DNA of 64,000 bases from Candidatus Leptofilum proximum (GTDB lineage: Bacteria > Chloroflexota > Anaerolineae > Promineifilales > Promineifilaceae): NCBI GenBank assembly GCA_016710325.1, contig JADJXK010000002.1, positions 946,622-1,010,621 on the forward strand, given 5' to 3'. The notes under the pieces are model-generated. The model worked only from the letters and a program-made list of their open reading frames with translations. It made no database searches and had not been told where the DNA came from. Positions 47,177 to 56,772 of this stretch are shown here, piece by piece; within the stretch, counting starts at the first letter, position 1, and each line of letters opens with the position of its first letter. Both the position numbers and the translations under genes were made by a program.

Positions 47177-48247
47177 ATGCGCTACCAACCCGCTGCCGCA
47201 ATTTTTCTGATTTTTTGCTTCTTCCTCTCAACGGGCTGCCAGGAAACGGCCGTACCACCAGCAACGGCCGTTTCCCAGGCAGTTCCTTCCGAACAACCAG
47301 CCACGCCAACGGCCGTGCCGCCAACCGTAACCTCGCCGCCCTCGCCAACCGGATCTCCCCCCACGACCACCTCCACCAACACGGCCACACCAGCACCCAC
47401 CGCCACGCCCGCCATCTGGCAGGAGGTGGCCAGGATGCCCTCGTCTCGTTCGGAAATGTCGGCGGGGGTGATAGACGGCCGTATCTACGTCCCCGGCGGC
47501 TGGACCAACGGCTTCGGCCAATCCACCGCGCTGGAAATGTACGATCCGGCCACGGACACCTGGACCAGGCTGGCCGACCTACCGTTTCATGTAAATCACC
47601 ACGCCACGGCCGTTTACCAAAACGCACTCTACGTCTTCGGGCCAGAAGACACTGCGTTGCGCTACGATCCTGCCAGTGACACCTGGCAGGAACTGGCCCC
47701 CATGCCGGAACGCCGTTACGCGGCGGCAGCGGCCGTTTTGGGCGATTTTGTGTACGTGATCGGCGGCAGCGGCAGCACGTCTGACCTGCTGCGCTACGAC
47801 CCGGCCAGCAACAGCTGGACGCGCCTGGCTCCCCTGCTGCAGGCGCGGGAGCACACGCAGGCGGTGGCTCTGGATGACCAGCTTTATGCCCTGGGCGGCC
47901 GTTGGGATCGCGGCCTGAACAGCGTCGAGCGCTACGACCCGGCCAACGACACCTGGTTCCGCGCGCCCGCCATGAACCAGCCCCGGAGCGGCTTTGGTGC
48001 GGCCGTTTGGGATGGCAAAATCGTCGTGGCCGGGGGCGAGCTGCTTTCCCCGCTGGACATCCTCGACACCATCGAAATTTTTGATCCGGCACAAAACCGG
48101 TGGGAAATGCTGGCGGTGAAAATGCCCGTACCGCTGCACGGCCTGCCCATCGCCGTCATTGGCGATGAGCTGTACCTGCTGGGCGGCTCCGGCCTGGCGG
48201 GTGATGTGGCCAACCGGGGGCGCGTCTACCTGTGCTATCTTGCCTAG
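47177..48247 (+). CDS. Kelch-repeat beta-propeller lipoprotein
   Basis: Lipobox STGC and a PT-rich linker. Six repeats of the type IYVPGG, LYVFG, VYVIGG, LYALGG, IVVAGG and LYLLGG. Start moved to the ATG at 47177, because the ORF start at 47114 lies inside a repeat hairpin. Confidence 0.85.
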   Translation: MRYQPAAAIFLIFCFFLSTGCQETAVPPATAVSQAVPSEQPATPTAVPPTVTSPPSPTGSPPTTTSTNTATPAPTATPAIWQEVARMPSSRSEMSAGVIDGRIYVPGGWTNGFGQSTALEMYDPATDTWTRLADLPFHVNHHATAVYQNALYVFGPEDTALRYDPASDTWQELAPMPERRYAAAAAVLGDFVYVIGGSGSTSDLLRYDPASNSWTRLAPLLQAREHTQAVALDDQLYALGGRWDRGLNSVERYDPANDTWFRAPAMNQPRSGFGAAVWDGKIVVAGGELLSPLDILDTIEIFDPAQNRWEMLAVKMPVPLHGLPIAVIGDELYLLGGSGLAGDVANRGRVYLCYLA

Positions 48248-48416
48248 GGACTTTAGGCTATGGTCAACGGTTACCCCAGGTTTTATGCTACTCACGTTAA
48301 GCAAACCGGTGAAAAATTTTGAAAAGCAAAGCGTGATTTTCCTGTGGTTGCTCAACACCTGGCTATCTCTGAAAGCAAACACTGCAGCCAACCTACCCGG
48401 CACCATTTGAGGAACG

Positions 48417-50990
48417 ATGCTCAATTCCTTACGGACGCTTCTGAAGGGTCCCCAATTCGATGATCCCGACAAAACCCGCGTGGCGCAGTTGGTTTGGGCC
48501 ATGTCGGTTTCGTTTTTTGTTGTCACGTTTTTTGTGTGCGTTCTTTTTGCCCATCAGATTCCTGAACAACGCTGGCTTTCCTTAACCATCTTCCTCATTG
48601 TGTCCAGCTTCACGGTTGGGACACTTTGCCTGCTCCGGCAAAATCGGGTTTACCCGGCCAGCCAGGTGCTTACCTTCAACGTTTTTCTGGGACTGGTGTT
48701 CAACGGTTATTTTTATGGCGGCATTCGCAGCATTAATGGTCCCGCATTTATCATCTTGCTGCTCATTGCTGGTTTGCTGCTGGGCATTCACGCGCTGCGC
48801 ACTTATACGTTTATTTCCATAGGTACCATTGTGATGCTGTACCTTCTTGAAGCCCAGGGATTCATCGGAAACAGCAACATGGGGCCGGTACTCATCACCG
48901 ATGTGGGGATAATAGTCGCGGCGGTGAGCATTGCGTCTGTGCTGCTGCATACGGCCATCAACAGTATCCACCAGGGCTATCTGCTGCTGAGTAATGCGCT
49001 CAAACGGCTAAAAAGCACCACGGTTTCCAAAATTTACGTAGAAAACATTCTGGCTTCCATGCAGGACATGCTGTTTGTGATCACACCCGACACGCGGATT
49101 GACAAGGTAAACCAGGCGGTACTGGATTTGCTGGGTTACACCGAGGAGGCGCTGCTTGGCCAGCCGCTGCAAATGGTGCTGGCGCCGGAGGAACGGCCGT
49201 TGTGGCAGCAGCCCACCACGATCCACTCCCCACTTTTTGCCATGCGCGATCAGGAACTGCGCTTTCTGGCAAAAGATGGGCGGGTGATTGAGACGGCCGT
49301 TTCTACGGCCGTCATGAAAGAAGAAAATACCGCGGCCCACAGCATCGTCTGCGTGGCCAACGACATCACCCAGCGCAAGCAGTTTGAACGTGAGCTGAAA
49401 GCCGCCAAGGCCGTGGCCGAAGAGGCCGCCAAAGTCAAGTCTGAATTCCTGGCCAGTATGAGCCATGAAATCCGCACCCCGCTCAACGCCGTCATCGGCA
49501 TGACCAGCCTGCTGCTAGACACGCCGCTCACCGCCGAGCAGGAGGATTACGTTTCTACCGCCCGCACCAGCGGCAGTGGCTTGCTGGCCATCATTAACGA
49601 CATTTTGGACTTTTCTAAAATTGATTCGGGTAAGCTGGAGCTGGATTCACAAACCTTTATTTTGCGCGAATGTGTCGAGGAGGCAATCGATCTGCTGGCA
49701 GTCCAGGCCACGGCTAAAAACTTGTTCCTCAACAGCTTCATCGAGCCCGATGTGCCCACCATTGTGCAGAGCGACGTCACCCGCCTGCGCCAGGTGCTGG
49801 TCAACTTATTGGGGAACGCGGTGAAGTTTACCGCCGAGGGCGAAATCAACCTCTGGGTGGGATGCCGACAACACGATGGGGAAACTGAGCTGCAATTTAT
49901 GGTGAAAGACACCGGCATTGGCATTCCAGCCGACCGTATGAACCGGCTGTTTGAACCGTTTCGCCAGGTGGACTCTTCCACCACGCGCGAGTTTGGCGGG
50001 ACGGGCCTGGGCCTGGTCATCAGCAAGCGGCTGATCAACCTCATGGGCGGCGACATCTCCGTAGAAAGCACACCAGGCGTCGGCACTGTTTTTTATTTCA
50101 CCATCAAAACCGAAGCAGCAGCCGATTGGGGTGGAAACGAAAACAATGATCTGCAAGAGGCAGGGATGCCTTTTGTGGGCAAGCGGGTACTGGTAGCTCA
50201 CAAAAACCAGACCAGTCGTGTCGTATTAACCCGCCAGCTGCAGCAGTGGGGCATCGAAGCCGCCTGTACGAGCTCTACCCTGGAAATGATGAGCGCCATC
50301 ACTCTCTTGCCCCGGTTTGACCTGCTAATTGTTGATGCTTCCGTTATGCAGCAAGAGGGCAATTTGCAGAGCAAGTTGTTGGAGCAAACGGCCGTTTCCC
50401 ACAGCCACCTTCTCTTATTCACACCAATGGGCCAGCAGTGCTCAATCATGGAAGAACAACCCAATTGTTACGGTCTCAGCCGACCGTACCACACCAATCA
50501 GCTTCGGCACACGCTTACAGAAATTTTTGCCAACAGTCTGGCCAACCGCCGTCTCACCGCGGCCGTTTCTACCCAGTCACAGTTCAATAACGCACTGGCC
50601 GGGAACCATCCGCTGCGGATTTTGCTGGCCGAAGACAACCTCATCAACCAAAAGGTGGCCCTGCGCATGTTGGAACGGCTGGGGTACAGAGCCGATGTGG
50701 CCGCCAATGGCGCTGAAGTGGTGCATGCGCTGACGTTACGGCCGTATGACCTCATCTTGATGGATATTCAAATGCCCGAAATGGATGGAATTGAAGCCAC
50801 GCAGCGCATCCGCGAAGGCTTGCCGCCACAGAACCAGCCGCGCATTGTGGCCATGACGGCCAACGCCCTGGCTGGCGACCGGGAAGCATGCCTCACCAAC
50901 GGCATGGATGATTACGTGAGCAAACCGATCAAAGTGGAAGAGTTAACGCGGGTTTTGCAGAGCAGCCAATCCATTACGCATCCATTGTAG
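48417..50990 (+). CDS. Hybrid sensor histidine kinase (polytopic N-terminus, PAS, HisKA, HATPase, two receiver domains)
   Basis: H-box SMSHEIRTPLN, N-box LLGNAVKF, and G-boxes DTGIGI and GTGLGL. Second receiver ILLAEDN...DLILMDIQMPEMDG...KP. Confidence 0.92.
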   Translation: MLNSLRTLLKGPQFDDPDKTRVAQLVWAMSVSFFVVTFFVCVLFAHQIPEQRWLSLTIFLIVSSFTVGTLCLLRQNRVYPASQVLTFNVFLGLVFNGYFYGGIRSINGPAFIILLLIAGLLLGIHALRTYTFISIGTIVMLYLLEAQGFIGNSNMGPVLITDVGIIVAAVSIASVLLHTAINSIHQGYLLLSNALKRLKSTTVSKIYVENILASMQDMLFVITPDTRIDKVNQAVLDLLGYTEEALLGQPLQMVLAPEERPLWQQPTTIHSPLFAMRDQELRFLAKDGRVIETAVSTAVMKEENTAAHSIVCVANDITQRKQFERELKAAKAVAEEAAKVKSEFLASMSHEIRTPLNAVIGMTSLLLDTPLTAEQEDYVSTARTSGSGLLAIINDILDFSKIDSGKLELDSQTFILRECVEEAIDLLAVQATAKNLFLNSFIEPDVPTIVQSDVTRLRQVLVNLLGNAVKFTAEGEINLWVGCRQHDGETELQFMVKDTGIGIPADRMNRLFEPFRQVDSSTTREFGGTGLGLVISKRLINLMGGDISVESTPGVGTVFYFTIKTEAAADWGGNENNDLQEAGMPFVGKRVLVAHKNQTSRVVLTRQLQQWGIEAACTSSTLEMMSAITLLPRFDLLIVDASVMQQEGNLQSKLLEQTAVSHSHLLLFTPMGQQCSIMEEQPNCYGLSRPYHTNQLRHTLTEIFANSLANRRLTAAVSTQSQFNNALAGNHPLRILLAEDNLINQKVALRMLERLGYRADVAANGAEVVHALTLRPYDLILMDIQMPEMDGIEATQRIREGLPPQNQPRIVAMTANALAGDREACLTNGMDDYVSKPIKVEELTRVLQSSQSITHPL

Positions 50991-51447
50991 CGGCGGAAAC
51001 GGCCGTTGCCCCCTGCTTCTTCTCGTACAGCCAGTTTCCCAAAATTGCCAGAATCACACCCAGATGAATCAACACATCGGCCACGTTAAACACACCCTGG
51101 CGCAGCGGCGTCTCGATAAAATCGAGGACCATACCAGCAAAAATACGGTCTACCAGGTTGCCCATTGCCCCGCCAACAAGCACGGCCAACCCCAGGCGCA
51201 TCAGCCACGCCTGCCGGGGCAACCTTACCAGGTAGACAAAAATCCCCAGCAATAGCAAAAGTGTCAACCAGCCCATCACCGGGCCAATCCCTTGAAACAG
51301 GCCAAAAGCGATACCCCGGTTGTACACCTCGCGGATGGTCAGCCAGCTCGTCACGCGCAGTGGGCCGTTTTCCGCCAGGTACGCCGCCACCCACCATTTA
51401 GAGAAGCGGTCTGCCAGGAAGGCCAGCAGCATAACCAGGTAAATCAT
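50974..51447 (-). CDS. lspA: Signal peptidase II (lipoprotein signal peptidase)
   Basis: NRGIAFGLFQG, NLVDR and DFI...FNVAD motifs. 157 aa, 4 TM segments. Confidence 0.92.
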   Translation of the reverse strand: MIYLVMLLAFLADRFSKWWVAAYLAENGPLRVTSWLTIREVYNRGIAFGLFQGIGPVMGWLTLLLLLGIFVYLVRLPRQAWLMRLGLAVLVGGAMGNLVDRIFAGMVLDFIETPLRQGVFNVADVLIHLGVILAILGNWLYEKKQGATAVSAATMDA

Positions 51448-51806
51448 TCGGTTTCATCCGCCTCTGCGGCGTCCGCTTCAGCTTGAGCCCTAGCCTCGGC
51501 AGCGGCCGTTTCTGCCGCCAGATACACTTCTTCAGTCATAAAACGGCCGCCGCTAATCTCGTGGCTGGTCATCTGGTAATTGGCATCCAGCTGCACGACG
51601 GTTTGGATGCGCCGGAAGCAGCGGCTGTCTACAATCGTTTTGTGCCACTCGTAGCCGCCCTCAGTGTTTTGCAAATCGTGCTGCTTATCGGCGCGCACCC
51701 GCACGCGCGCGCCGCAGTTGGCGCATTCCACATAAAAATAGATGCCCTGTGTGTCCACATATTTTTTCGGCTCACCGCCGCCGAACAACTTTTTGAGGAA
51801 TCCCAT
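51444..51806 (-). CDS. Hypothetical protein with a CxxC motif and an acidic Ala-rich tail, translationally coupled to lspA
   Basis: Starts MGFLKKLFGG at the ATG at 51806 with a GGAG SD. CANCGARVRV motif. Its stop overlaps the lspA start (ATGA). Confidence 0.6.
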   Translation of the reverse strand: MGFLKKLFGGGEPKKYVDTQGIYFYVECANCGARVRVRADKQHDLQNTEGGYEWHKTIVDSRCFRRIQTVVQLDANYQMTSHEISGGRFMTEEVYLAAETAAAEARAQAEADAAEADETE

Positions 51807-51820
51807 CGTATTCTCCTGTT

Positions 51821-51885
51821 GGGGCGAGGCAGTTGGGAGGCAGATCGATTTGCCAGACAACTTTTGTTTGCAACTGCCTCGCCCC
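51821..51885. repeat. Long-stem hairpin, GGGGCGAGGCAG family
   Basis: GGGGCGAGGCAGTT ... AACTGCCTCGCCCC (14-bp stem). It shares CTGCCTCGCCCCTAC with 55818..55880. Confidence 0.75.
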
Positions 51886-51967
51886 TACCACACATTGATT
51901 ATAACCCAACTTCTGCCCCCGCAACTTCCCCCTTCACCATCCCCCATAGACATGCTAAACTTGCGTT

Positions 51968-54900
51968 ATGTCCACCGAACAATTTTGGCAGGCGCTTGAT
52001 GATGCCACCAACCCCACCGCCTACAAGCCGCTGCGTAACCCGCACATCGTGGTGTCGCGGCTGCAAAACCGGGCCGAGACGTATTACGTCATCAAGGAAC
52101 CGCTCTCCCGGTCGTACCTTCGGCTGGGGGAAGAGGATTACGCGCTGTGGTGGCAGATGAACGGCCGTAAATCCATCAAAGAGCTGCTGTACTACTGCCT
52201 CAAACGGTACAAAAAACTGCCCATCGGCCACCTCACCAGCCTCATCGGCGAGCTGAAAGAGGGCAACTTCCTGCAAACGCCCAACACCAGGGTATACGAC
52301 CAGATCGAAGCCGAGTTGGCCACCCGCGCCCCCGCCAGCCGCGGCCAAAAGCTGCTCAAAAGCTTCCTCTACACCGAGCTGGCCATCTCTGGCCTGGACG
52401 ATTTTTTTGTCCCGCTCTACAAACAGCTTAAGCCGCTCTTCTGGCCGCTGGGGCAAACGCTGCTCTTTTTGCTGGTGCTGGTGGGCGGCTTTTTCTTTGG
52501 CCTCAGCTACTTTTTTGGCGACTACAACATCACCGGCAGCGGCCTGGGTGTGCTTACCCTGCTGCTGGCCAACCTGCTGGTGATTGGCCTGCACGAGATG
52601 GCCCACGGCCTGATGACCAAACACGTGGGTCGGGAGCTGGGCCGGGGTGGCTTTTTGATTTACTGGGGCTTCCCCGCCTTTTTTGTGGATACGCGCGACA
52701 CCTGGCTGTCGCCCCGGCTGGACCGCATCAAGGTTTCCTGGGCGGGACCGTACTCCGGGCTGATGCTGGGCGGATTGGTGGGTGTGGTGCTGACGGCCGT
52801 TGCCGCCTTCTCACCCCCCGCATTCCAACAAACGCTCCTGGCCACCTTCCTCTTCCAGATTGGCTTCCTGGCTTACCTCAGCGTGGTGGTAAACCTCAAC
52901 CCGCTGCTGGAGCTGGACGGCTACTTCATGCTCATGGATTGGCTGGAGATGCCCGGCCTGCGCAACCGCGCCTTCGACTTTTTGCGCCACGAGCTGTGGC
53001 CCCGCCTGCGCGAAGCGCGCACACCTGCTAAATTTTGGCGCTCCCTCAACCGCGCCGAGCGAATCTTTACCCTGTTTGGGTTGATGGCCCTCGTCTACTC
53101 GATTTTTGCCCTGTGGCTGGCCCTTACCTTCTGGCAGGGGTACGTGAGCGAATTTTTCCTGAACTTGTGGCACAGCGACGCGTGGTGGGGCCGATTGGTG
53201 GTAGGCTTGATGACGGCCGTTCTCATCCTGCCCGCCCTCTACTACCTGGGGTTGTACAGTTGGAGCCGCATCCGGGCCGGGCTGGAATGGCTGGCTCGCC
53301 GCCAGCTGCTCTCCCGCACCGACGTCCTGGCCCTGCTGGTGGGGGTGCCCATTCTGCTCGGTGCACCGCTGGCTTACTTTTTCCTCAACCGCCTCAATCC
53401 GGCCCAGACCAGCCTGTGGCAGGGTATCTTTGTCTGGCTGCTGCACATCGGCACGGGGGCAGCGCTGGTGGGTGTGGCGCAGCAGCTGCCGGGATCAAGA
53501 TTTCAGTGGGCGCTGTGGGCGTTAACGGCCGTTCCCCTCACCCTTGCCCTGGCCTGGATCAGCCCCAACCCCTTTGGCCGCGATCTGTCCGTCATCGCCA
53601 CGGCAGCGGCCATCTTTGCTGCGGGTGTTGTGTCCTGGTTCACCATCAATCCCGGCTTCCTGGCAGGCAGCGACCGGCTGCTGATGGCCCTTTTCATCCT
53701 GCTGGGCGTTGGCACGTACACCGGGATGACCTACTATTTTGGCAGTGACGTTTTGGCGGGGAACGGCCGTTGGCTGGCAACGGCCGTCATCTGTCTGGGC
53801 GTTGGCCTGGGTCTGGCGTTAATGGCCCCCTTGCTGCTCAACTTTGCCCGCTCCCGCTTTGCCATCCCCTGGGGGCTGTTTGCCCTGGCCATGCTCATCA
53901 CCCCCTGGCTGCAAATTTACCCGCAGCTGGACTTCACCGTCATCACCCTCTGGCTGTATGCCGCCATCCTTTACCTGCTGCTGGGCACCCTGGCCCAATT
54001 CACCCGCCTGGAAACGGCCGAAAGTGAAACCGGCATCTTCAGCGAACGGCAGCGGCTGATCAACAGCTTCAACCAGTTCCTGCACGCCCTCTTCACCAGC
54101 TACGAAACGATCTTCGGCCAGCGCCGCCTAGCCCTAATCCAGAGCCAGATGGCCGCCCTGGGCGCGCTCGACGCCGACTCAACCATCCTGGAGCTGGGGC
54201 AGCACGCCCAAAAAGCGCTGCTGCTGGCCGTGGACCGGCTGGATGACCTGGCCGGGACGCCCTTCACCCGCAAAGCCGGGCAAGCTGCCTACGACAGCCT
54301 GGACTGGCTCGATGCCGAAACGCTGGCCCGGCACGTCCTGGCCAAAACCGAGTGGGGTACCCAGCTTGCCCAGGGCTTCATCCGCGCCCGCGACAAGCGC
54401 ATCGACCTCATCCGCCAGGCGGACCTGTTTGCCGGGTTCGACCAGGAAGGCGTGGAGGCGCTGCTGAAGGTGATGCGCCGCTGGCGCACCCGTCCCAACC
54501 AGATCATCGCCCACGCCGGGCGCGATGCTTTCTACTTTTACCTCATCGAAGCGGGGGAAGTGGGCGTGTATCACAACGGAGTCCAGCGGGCGATTTTGTC
54601 GGCGGGCGGGTATTTTGGCACGGCCGCTTTAGCCGGAACGGGCGTTTACCAGTTCACCTACCGCGCCCTCACGCCGCTCACCACCCTGGTCATCCACCGC
54701 GAGCAGTTTGATCCGCTGCTGCGCGCCGACACGACGCTGGCCCAGCAGGTGAGCTCGGGCGCGGAGGAACGCAGCCTGCTGCGGCAGATGCCCCTCTTCA
54801 GCAGCCTCAGCCCGCAGGAGCTGGCCTCGGTCGATGCCCGGCTCCAGCCGCGCCGCGTGAGTGCTGGCGAGCAGTTTGTGCAGCAGGGCCAGCCGCGCAG

Positions 54901-55201
54901 CCACCTGTTCATTGTTGCCGAAGGGGAAGTGGAAGTGTTTGTCACTGAAGACGGTGTTGAGCGGGTGATTGGCCGACTGGGGCCGGGCGAGCATTTTGGC
55001 GAATACGCCCTCTTTGCCGACACGCCGTACCATGCCAGCGTCCGCGCCGTGGTAGACGGCCGTCTCCTCCTCCTAGACGAACCCACCTTTGACAATCTCG
55101 TCGCCACCTGCGAGCGCATGACCCATTACGTGGAGCAAATCGGAAGCGGCCGTCTCATCGCCACCCGCCGCCGCGCCACTCCGGCGGCCCTTATTTCGTA
55201 A
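51968..55201 (+). CDS. Polytopic membrane protein with an M50-like HExxH site and two C-terminal cyclic-nucleotide-binding domains
   Basis: HEMAHGLMTKH in a TM context, more than 15 TM segments, then two cNMP-like modules (FAGFDQEGVEALL...YFYLIEAGEVGV and LFSSLSPQEL...HLFIVAEGEVEV...GPGEHFGEYAL). Confidence 0.85.
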   Translation: MSTEQFWQALDDATNPTAYKPLRNPHIVVSRLQNRAETYYVIKEPLSRSYLRLGEEDYALWWQMNGRKSIKELLYYCLKRYKKLPIGHLTSLIGELKEGNFLQTPNTRVYDQIEAELATRAPASRGQKLLKSFLYTELAISGLDDFFVPLYKQLKPLFWPLGQTLLFLLVLVGGFFFGLSYFFGDYNITGSGLGVLTLLLANLLVIGLHEMAHGLMTKHVGRELGRGGFLIYWGFPAFFVDTRDTWLSPRLDRIKVSWAGPYSGLMLGGLVGVVLTAVAAFSPPAFQQTLLATFLFQIGFLAYLSVVVNLNPLLELDGYFMLMDWLEMPGLRNRAFDFLRHELWPRLREARTPAKFWRSLNRAERIFTLFGLMALVYSIFALWLALTFWQGYVSEFFLNLWHSDAWWGRLVVGLMTAVLILPALYYLGLYSWSRIRAGLEWLARRQLLSRTDVLALLVGVPILLGAPLAYFFLNRLNPAQTSLWQGIFVWLLHIGTGAALVGVAQQLPGSRFQWALWALTAVPLTLALAWISPNPFGRDLSVIATAAAIFAAGVVSWFTINPGFLAGSDRLLMALFILLGVGTYTGMTYYFGSDVLAGNGRWLATAVICLGVGLGLALMAPLLLNFARSRFAIPWGLFALAMLITPWLQIYPQLDFTVITLWLYAAILYLLLGTLAQFTRLETAESETGIFSERQRLINSFNQFLHALFTSYETIFGQRRLALIQSQMAALGALDADSTILELGQHAQKALLLAVDRLDDLAGTPFTRKAGQAAYDSLDWLDAETLARHVLAKTEWGTQLAQGFIRARDKRIDLIRQADLFAGFDQEGVEALLKVMRRWRTRPNQIIAHAGRDAFYFYLIEAGEVGVYHNGVQRAILSAGGYFGTAALAGTGVYQFTYRALTPLTTLVIHREQFDPLLRADTTLAQQVSSGAEERSLLRQMPLFSSLSPQELASVDARLQPRRVSAGEQFVQQGQPRSHLFIVAEGEVEVFVTEDGVERVIGRLGPGEHFGEYALFADTPYHASVRAVVDGRLLLLDEPTFDNLVATCERMTHYVEQIGSGRLIATRRRATPAALIS

Positions 55202-55225
55202 GGCACTCGGCTTGCTGCCCCCCTT

Positions 55226-55375
55226 TGCGAACGCAGAAATCCTCATACTCTTTGGTCGTCATTTCGAGAACCTGTGCTGACTCCTGTCAGCCGAAATCCC
55301 TCTGAATTTGCCTGGTTTCAAGCTTTCGAATCGCCTCAGGGATTTCTCACTGCGTTCGAAATGACAAGTGTAGAC
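55226..55375. repeat. Cluster of three copies of a short element (TCGAACGCAG..GAAATCCCT) forming a large imperfect hairpin
   Basis: GTCATTTCGA (55259) pairs with TCGAAATGAC (55364). GAAATCCCT (55293) pairs with AGGGATTTC (55339). A third, partial copy is at 55226-55244. Confidence 0.6.
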
Positions 55376-55392
55376 AGCTTTTTATTTGCGGA

Positions 55393-55737
55393 TTAACACG
55401 GCCGTATCACCCGCTTAGCCCAGGCCATCATTTGCACCGTATCTGCCATATTGCCCACTTCGCCAATTTGCAGCATCTCCTGCCGCTGGAAATGTTCCAG
55501 GCAGGTGCCGCAGGTGGTTATACGCGCCCCCCGCGCCTCCAGCTTGCGCAGGCTTTCCAGCCCTGGGCCATCGGCCGTGGTGGTGAGAAAAATGCCGCTG
55601 TTGACGCAGCCCACCACATCCACCCGCACCTCCGAATCCGCCAGCTGTTCCAAAAACGCCAGCAGCAGCTTGCGCCCCAGCTGGGCGTCCCCCTCTCCCA
55701 TCTTGTCCGAATTGAGATACAAAAAGTTCATCACCAC
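55393..55737 (-). CDS. DsrE/YedF-C-terminal-like sulfur (or selenium) relay family protein
   Basis: 114 aa. From memory, MGEGDAQLGRKLL...TCGTCLEHF...IGEVGNMADTV...KRVIRP resembles the DsrE-like domain of YedF-type proteins. Confidence 0.55.
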   Translation of the reverse strand: MVMNFLYLNSDKMGEGDAQLGRKLLLAFLEQLADSEVRVDVVGCVNSGIFLTTTADGPGLESLRKLEARGARITTCGTCLEHFQRQEMLQIGEVGNMADTVQMMAWAKRVIRPC

Positions 55738-55817
55738 GGCTCCTTTATGACCAAAATAGAATTGGTGGAATTTTAGCAGGTTTACGGCCGTATCTCCCTA
55801 CTTTCAACCTTTCTCAT

Positions 55818-55920
55818 GGGCGAGGCAGGTGGAGAAAAGATCGTTTTGTGTGGCTACGATGTCATCCACCTGCCTCGCCCCTACTTTTCACTTTCCACTT
55901 TTCACTTCTCACTTTCCTCC
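55818..55920. repeat. Hairpin (GGGCGAGGCAGGTGGA stem) followed by tandem CTTTTCA-type heptamers
   Basis: A 16-bp stem (55818-33 / 55865-80), then CTTTTCA CTTTCCA CTTTTCA CTTCTCA CTTTCCT. Confidence 0.8.
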
Positions 55921-55925
55921 CCACC

Positions 55926-55954
55926 TTGCCATCCCCCCCGCTTACCCGTAAAAT
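55926..55954 (+). promoter_or_regulatory. Candidate sigma-70-like promoter
   Basis: TTGCCA, a 17-nt spacer, then TAAAAT, about 50 nt upstream of the ATG at 56004. Confidence 0.45.
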
Positions 55955-56003
55955 CCCCAGGCAATAATTTGTCACACACCCTAATCGTTTAGAGGACACT
56001 TTC

Positions 56004-56237
56004 ATGGACGCAGACGTAACCAAACGCGCCGAACAAAAAAAGGCGCTGGAAAATATCAAAAATGGACTGGCCACCAAAGTGCGCATCATGGTCAACCGGG
56101 ACTGCTGCCCCGCCTGCCGCGCCGCCGAAGGCGCCTACGAATTTGACCATGTACCGGAGCTGCCCCTGGAAGGCTGCTCCCATCCTGACGGCTGCCGCTG
56201 CTTCTACGCCCCCGTTTTGGACATGTTTGGCCCGTAA
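56004..56237 (+). CDS. Hypothetical Cys-rich small protein (77 aa)
   Basis: AGAGGA SD. CCPAC...C.H..GC.C pattern (7 Cys, 2 His). Confidence 0.6.
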   Translation: MDADVTKRAEQKKALENIKNGLATKVRIMVNRDCCPACRAAEGAYEFDHVPELPLEGCSHPDGCRCFYAPVLDMFGP

Positions 56238-56247
56238 AAAATAGCCA

Positions 56248-56306
56248 TCAAAGATTTCGCAGATTTACCAGATTTAATCTTCTTAATCTGCGAAATCTCT
56301 GATTTT
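56248..56306. repeat. Periodic hairpin repeat (9-nt units, AGATTTNNN)
   Basis: AGATTTCGC AGATTTACC AGATTTAAT ... AATCTGCGAAATCT. It has a 14-bp stem followed by TTTTT. Confidence 0.8.
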
Positions 56307-56326
56307 TATCCTGCTTGTTCCACGTA

Positions 56327-56710
56327 ATGACTCCACGCTTAAAACTTTGCCTGATTCTATGCCTGCTATGCCTGGCAGCCTGCGGCGGTGGGGCAGAGGC
56401 TGCACCGCCCCCGCCGACCCTTAGCCCGCAGGCGCAGTTGGGCAAGCAAGTTTTCACCCGTGACTGTGGTGCCTGCCACAGCACTTCCCCCGACACGATC
56501 ATTGTTGGCCCCTCATTGGCAGGCGTGGCCAATCGCGCCGCCACCCGCGTGGCGGACCAGGATGCCTACACTTATCTGCTCACCTCCGTCATGCAGCCCG
56601 ACGCTTACCTGGTAGAAGGGTACGAAAACCTCATGCCCAACAACCTCAGCAAACAGCTCACCGGCGAAGAACTCGACGCCGTCATCGCCTATCTGCAAAC
56701 ACTTCAGTAG
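56327..56710 (+). CDS. Class I c-type cytochrome lipoprotein
   Basis: Lipobox LAAC. CGACH heme site. A downstream Met (NLMP) could be the axial ligand. ATG at 56327 preferred over the TTG at 56315. Confidence 0.85.
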   Translation: MTPRLKLCLILCLLCLAACGGGAEAAPPPPTLSPQAQLGKQVFTRDCGACHSTSPDTIIVGPSLAGVANRAATRVADQDAYTYLLTSVMQPDAYLVEGYENLMPNNLSKQLTGEELDAVIAYLQTLQ

Positions 56711-56757
56711 TGGCAGGTTGCAAGTTGCAGGTTGCAAGTTGCAAGTCGCCAGCAACC
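56711..56757. repeat. Tandem heptamer array (TGCAAGT/TGCAGGT)
   Basis: GGCAGGT TGCAAGT TGCAGGT TGCAAGT TGCAAGT CGCCAGC. No clear inverted arm. Confidence 0.8.
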
Positions 56758-56772
56758 AAACCACTTAACACG

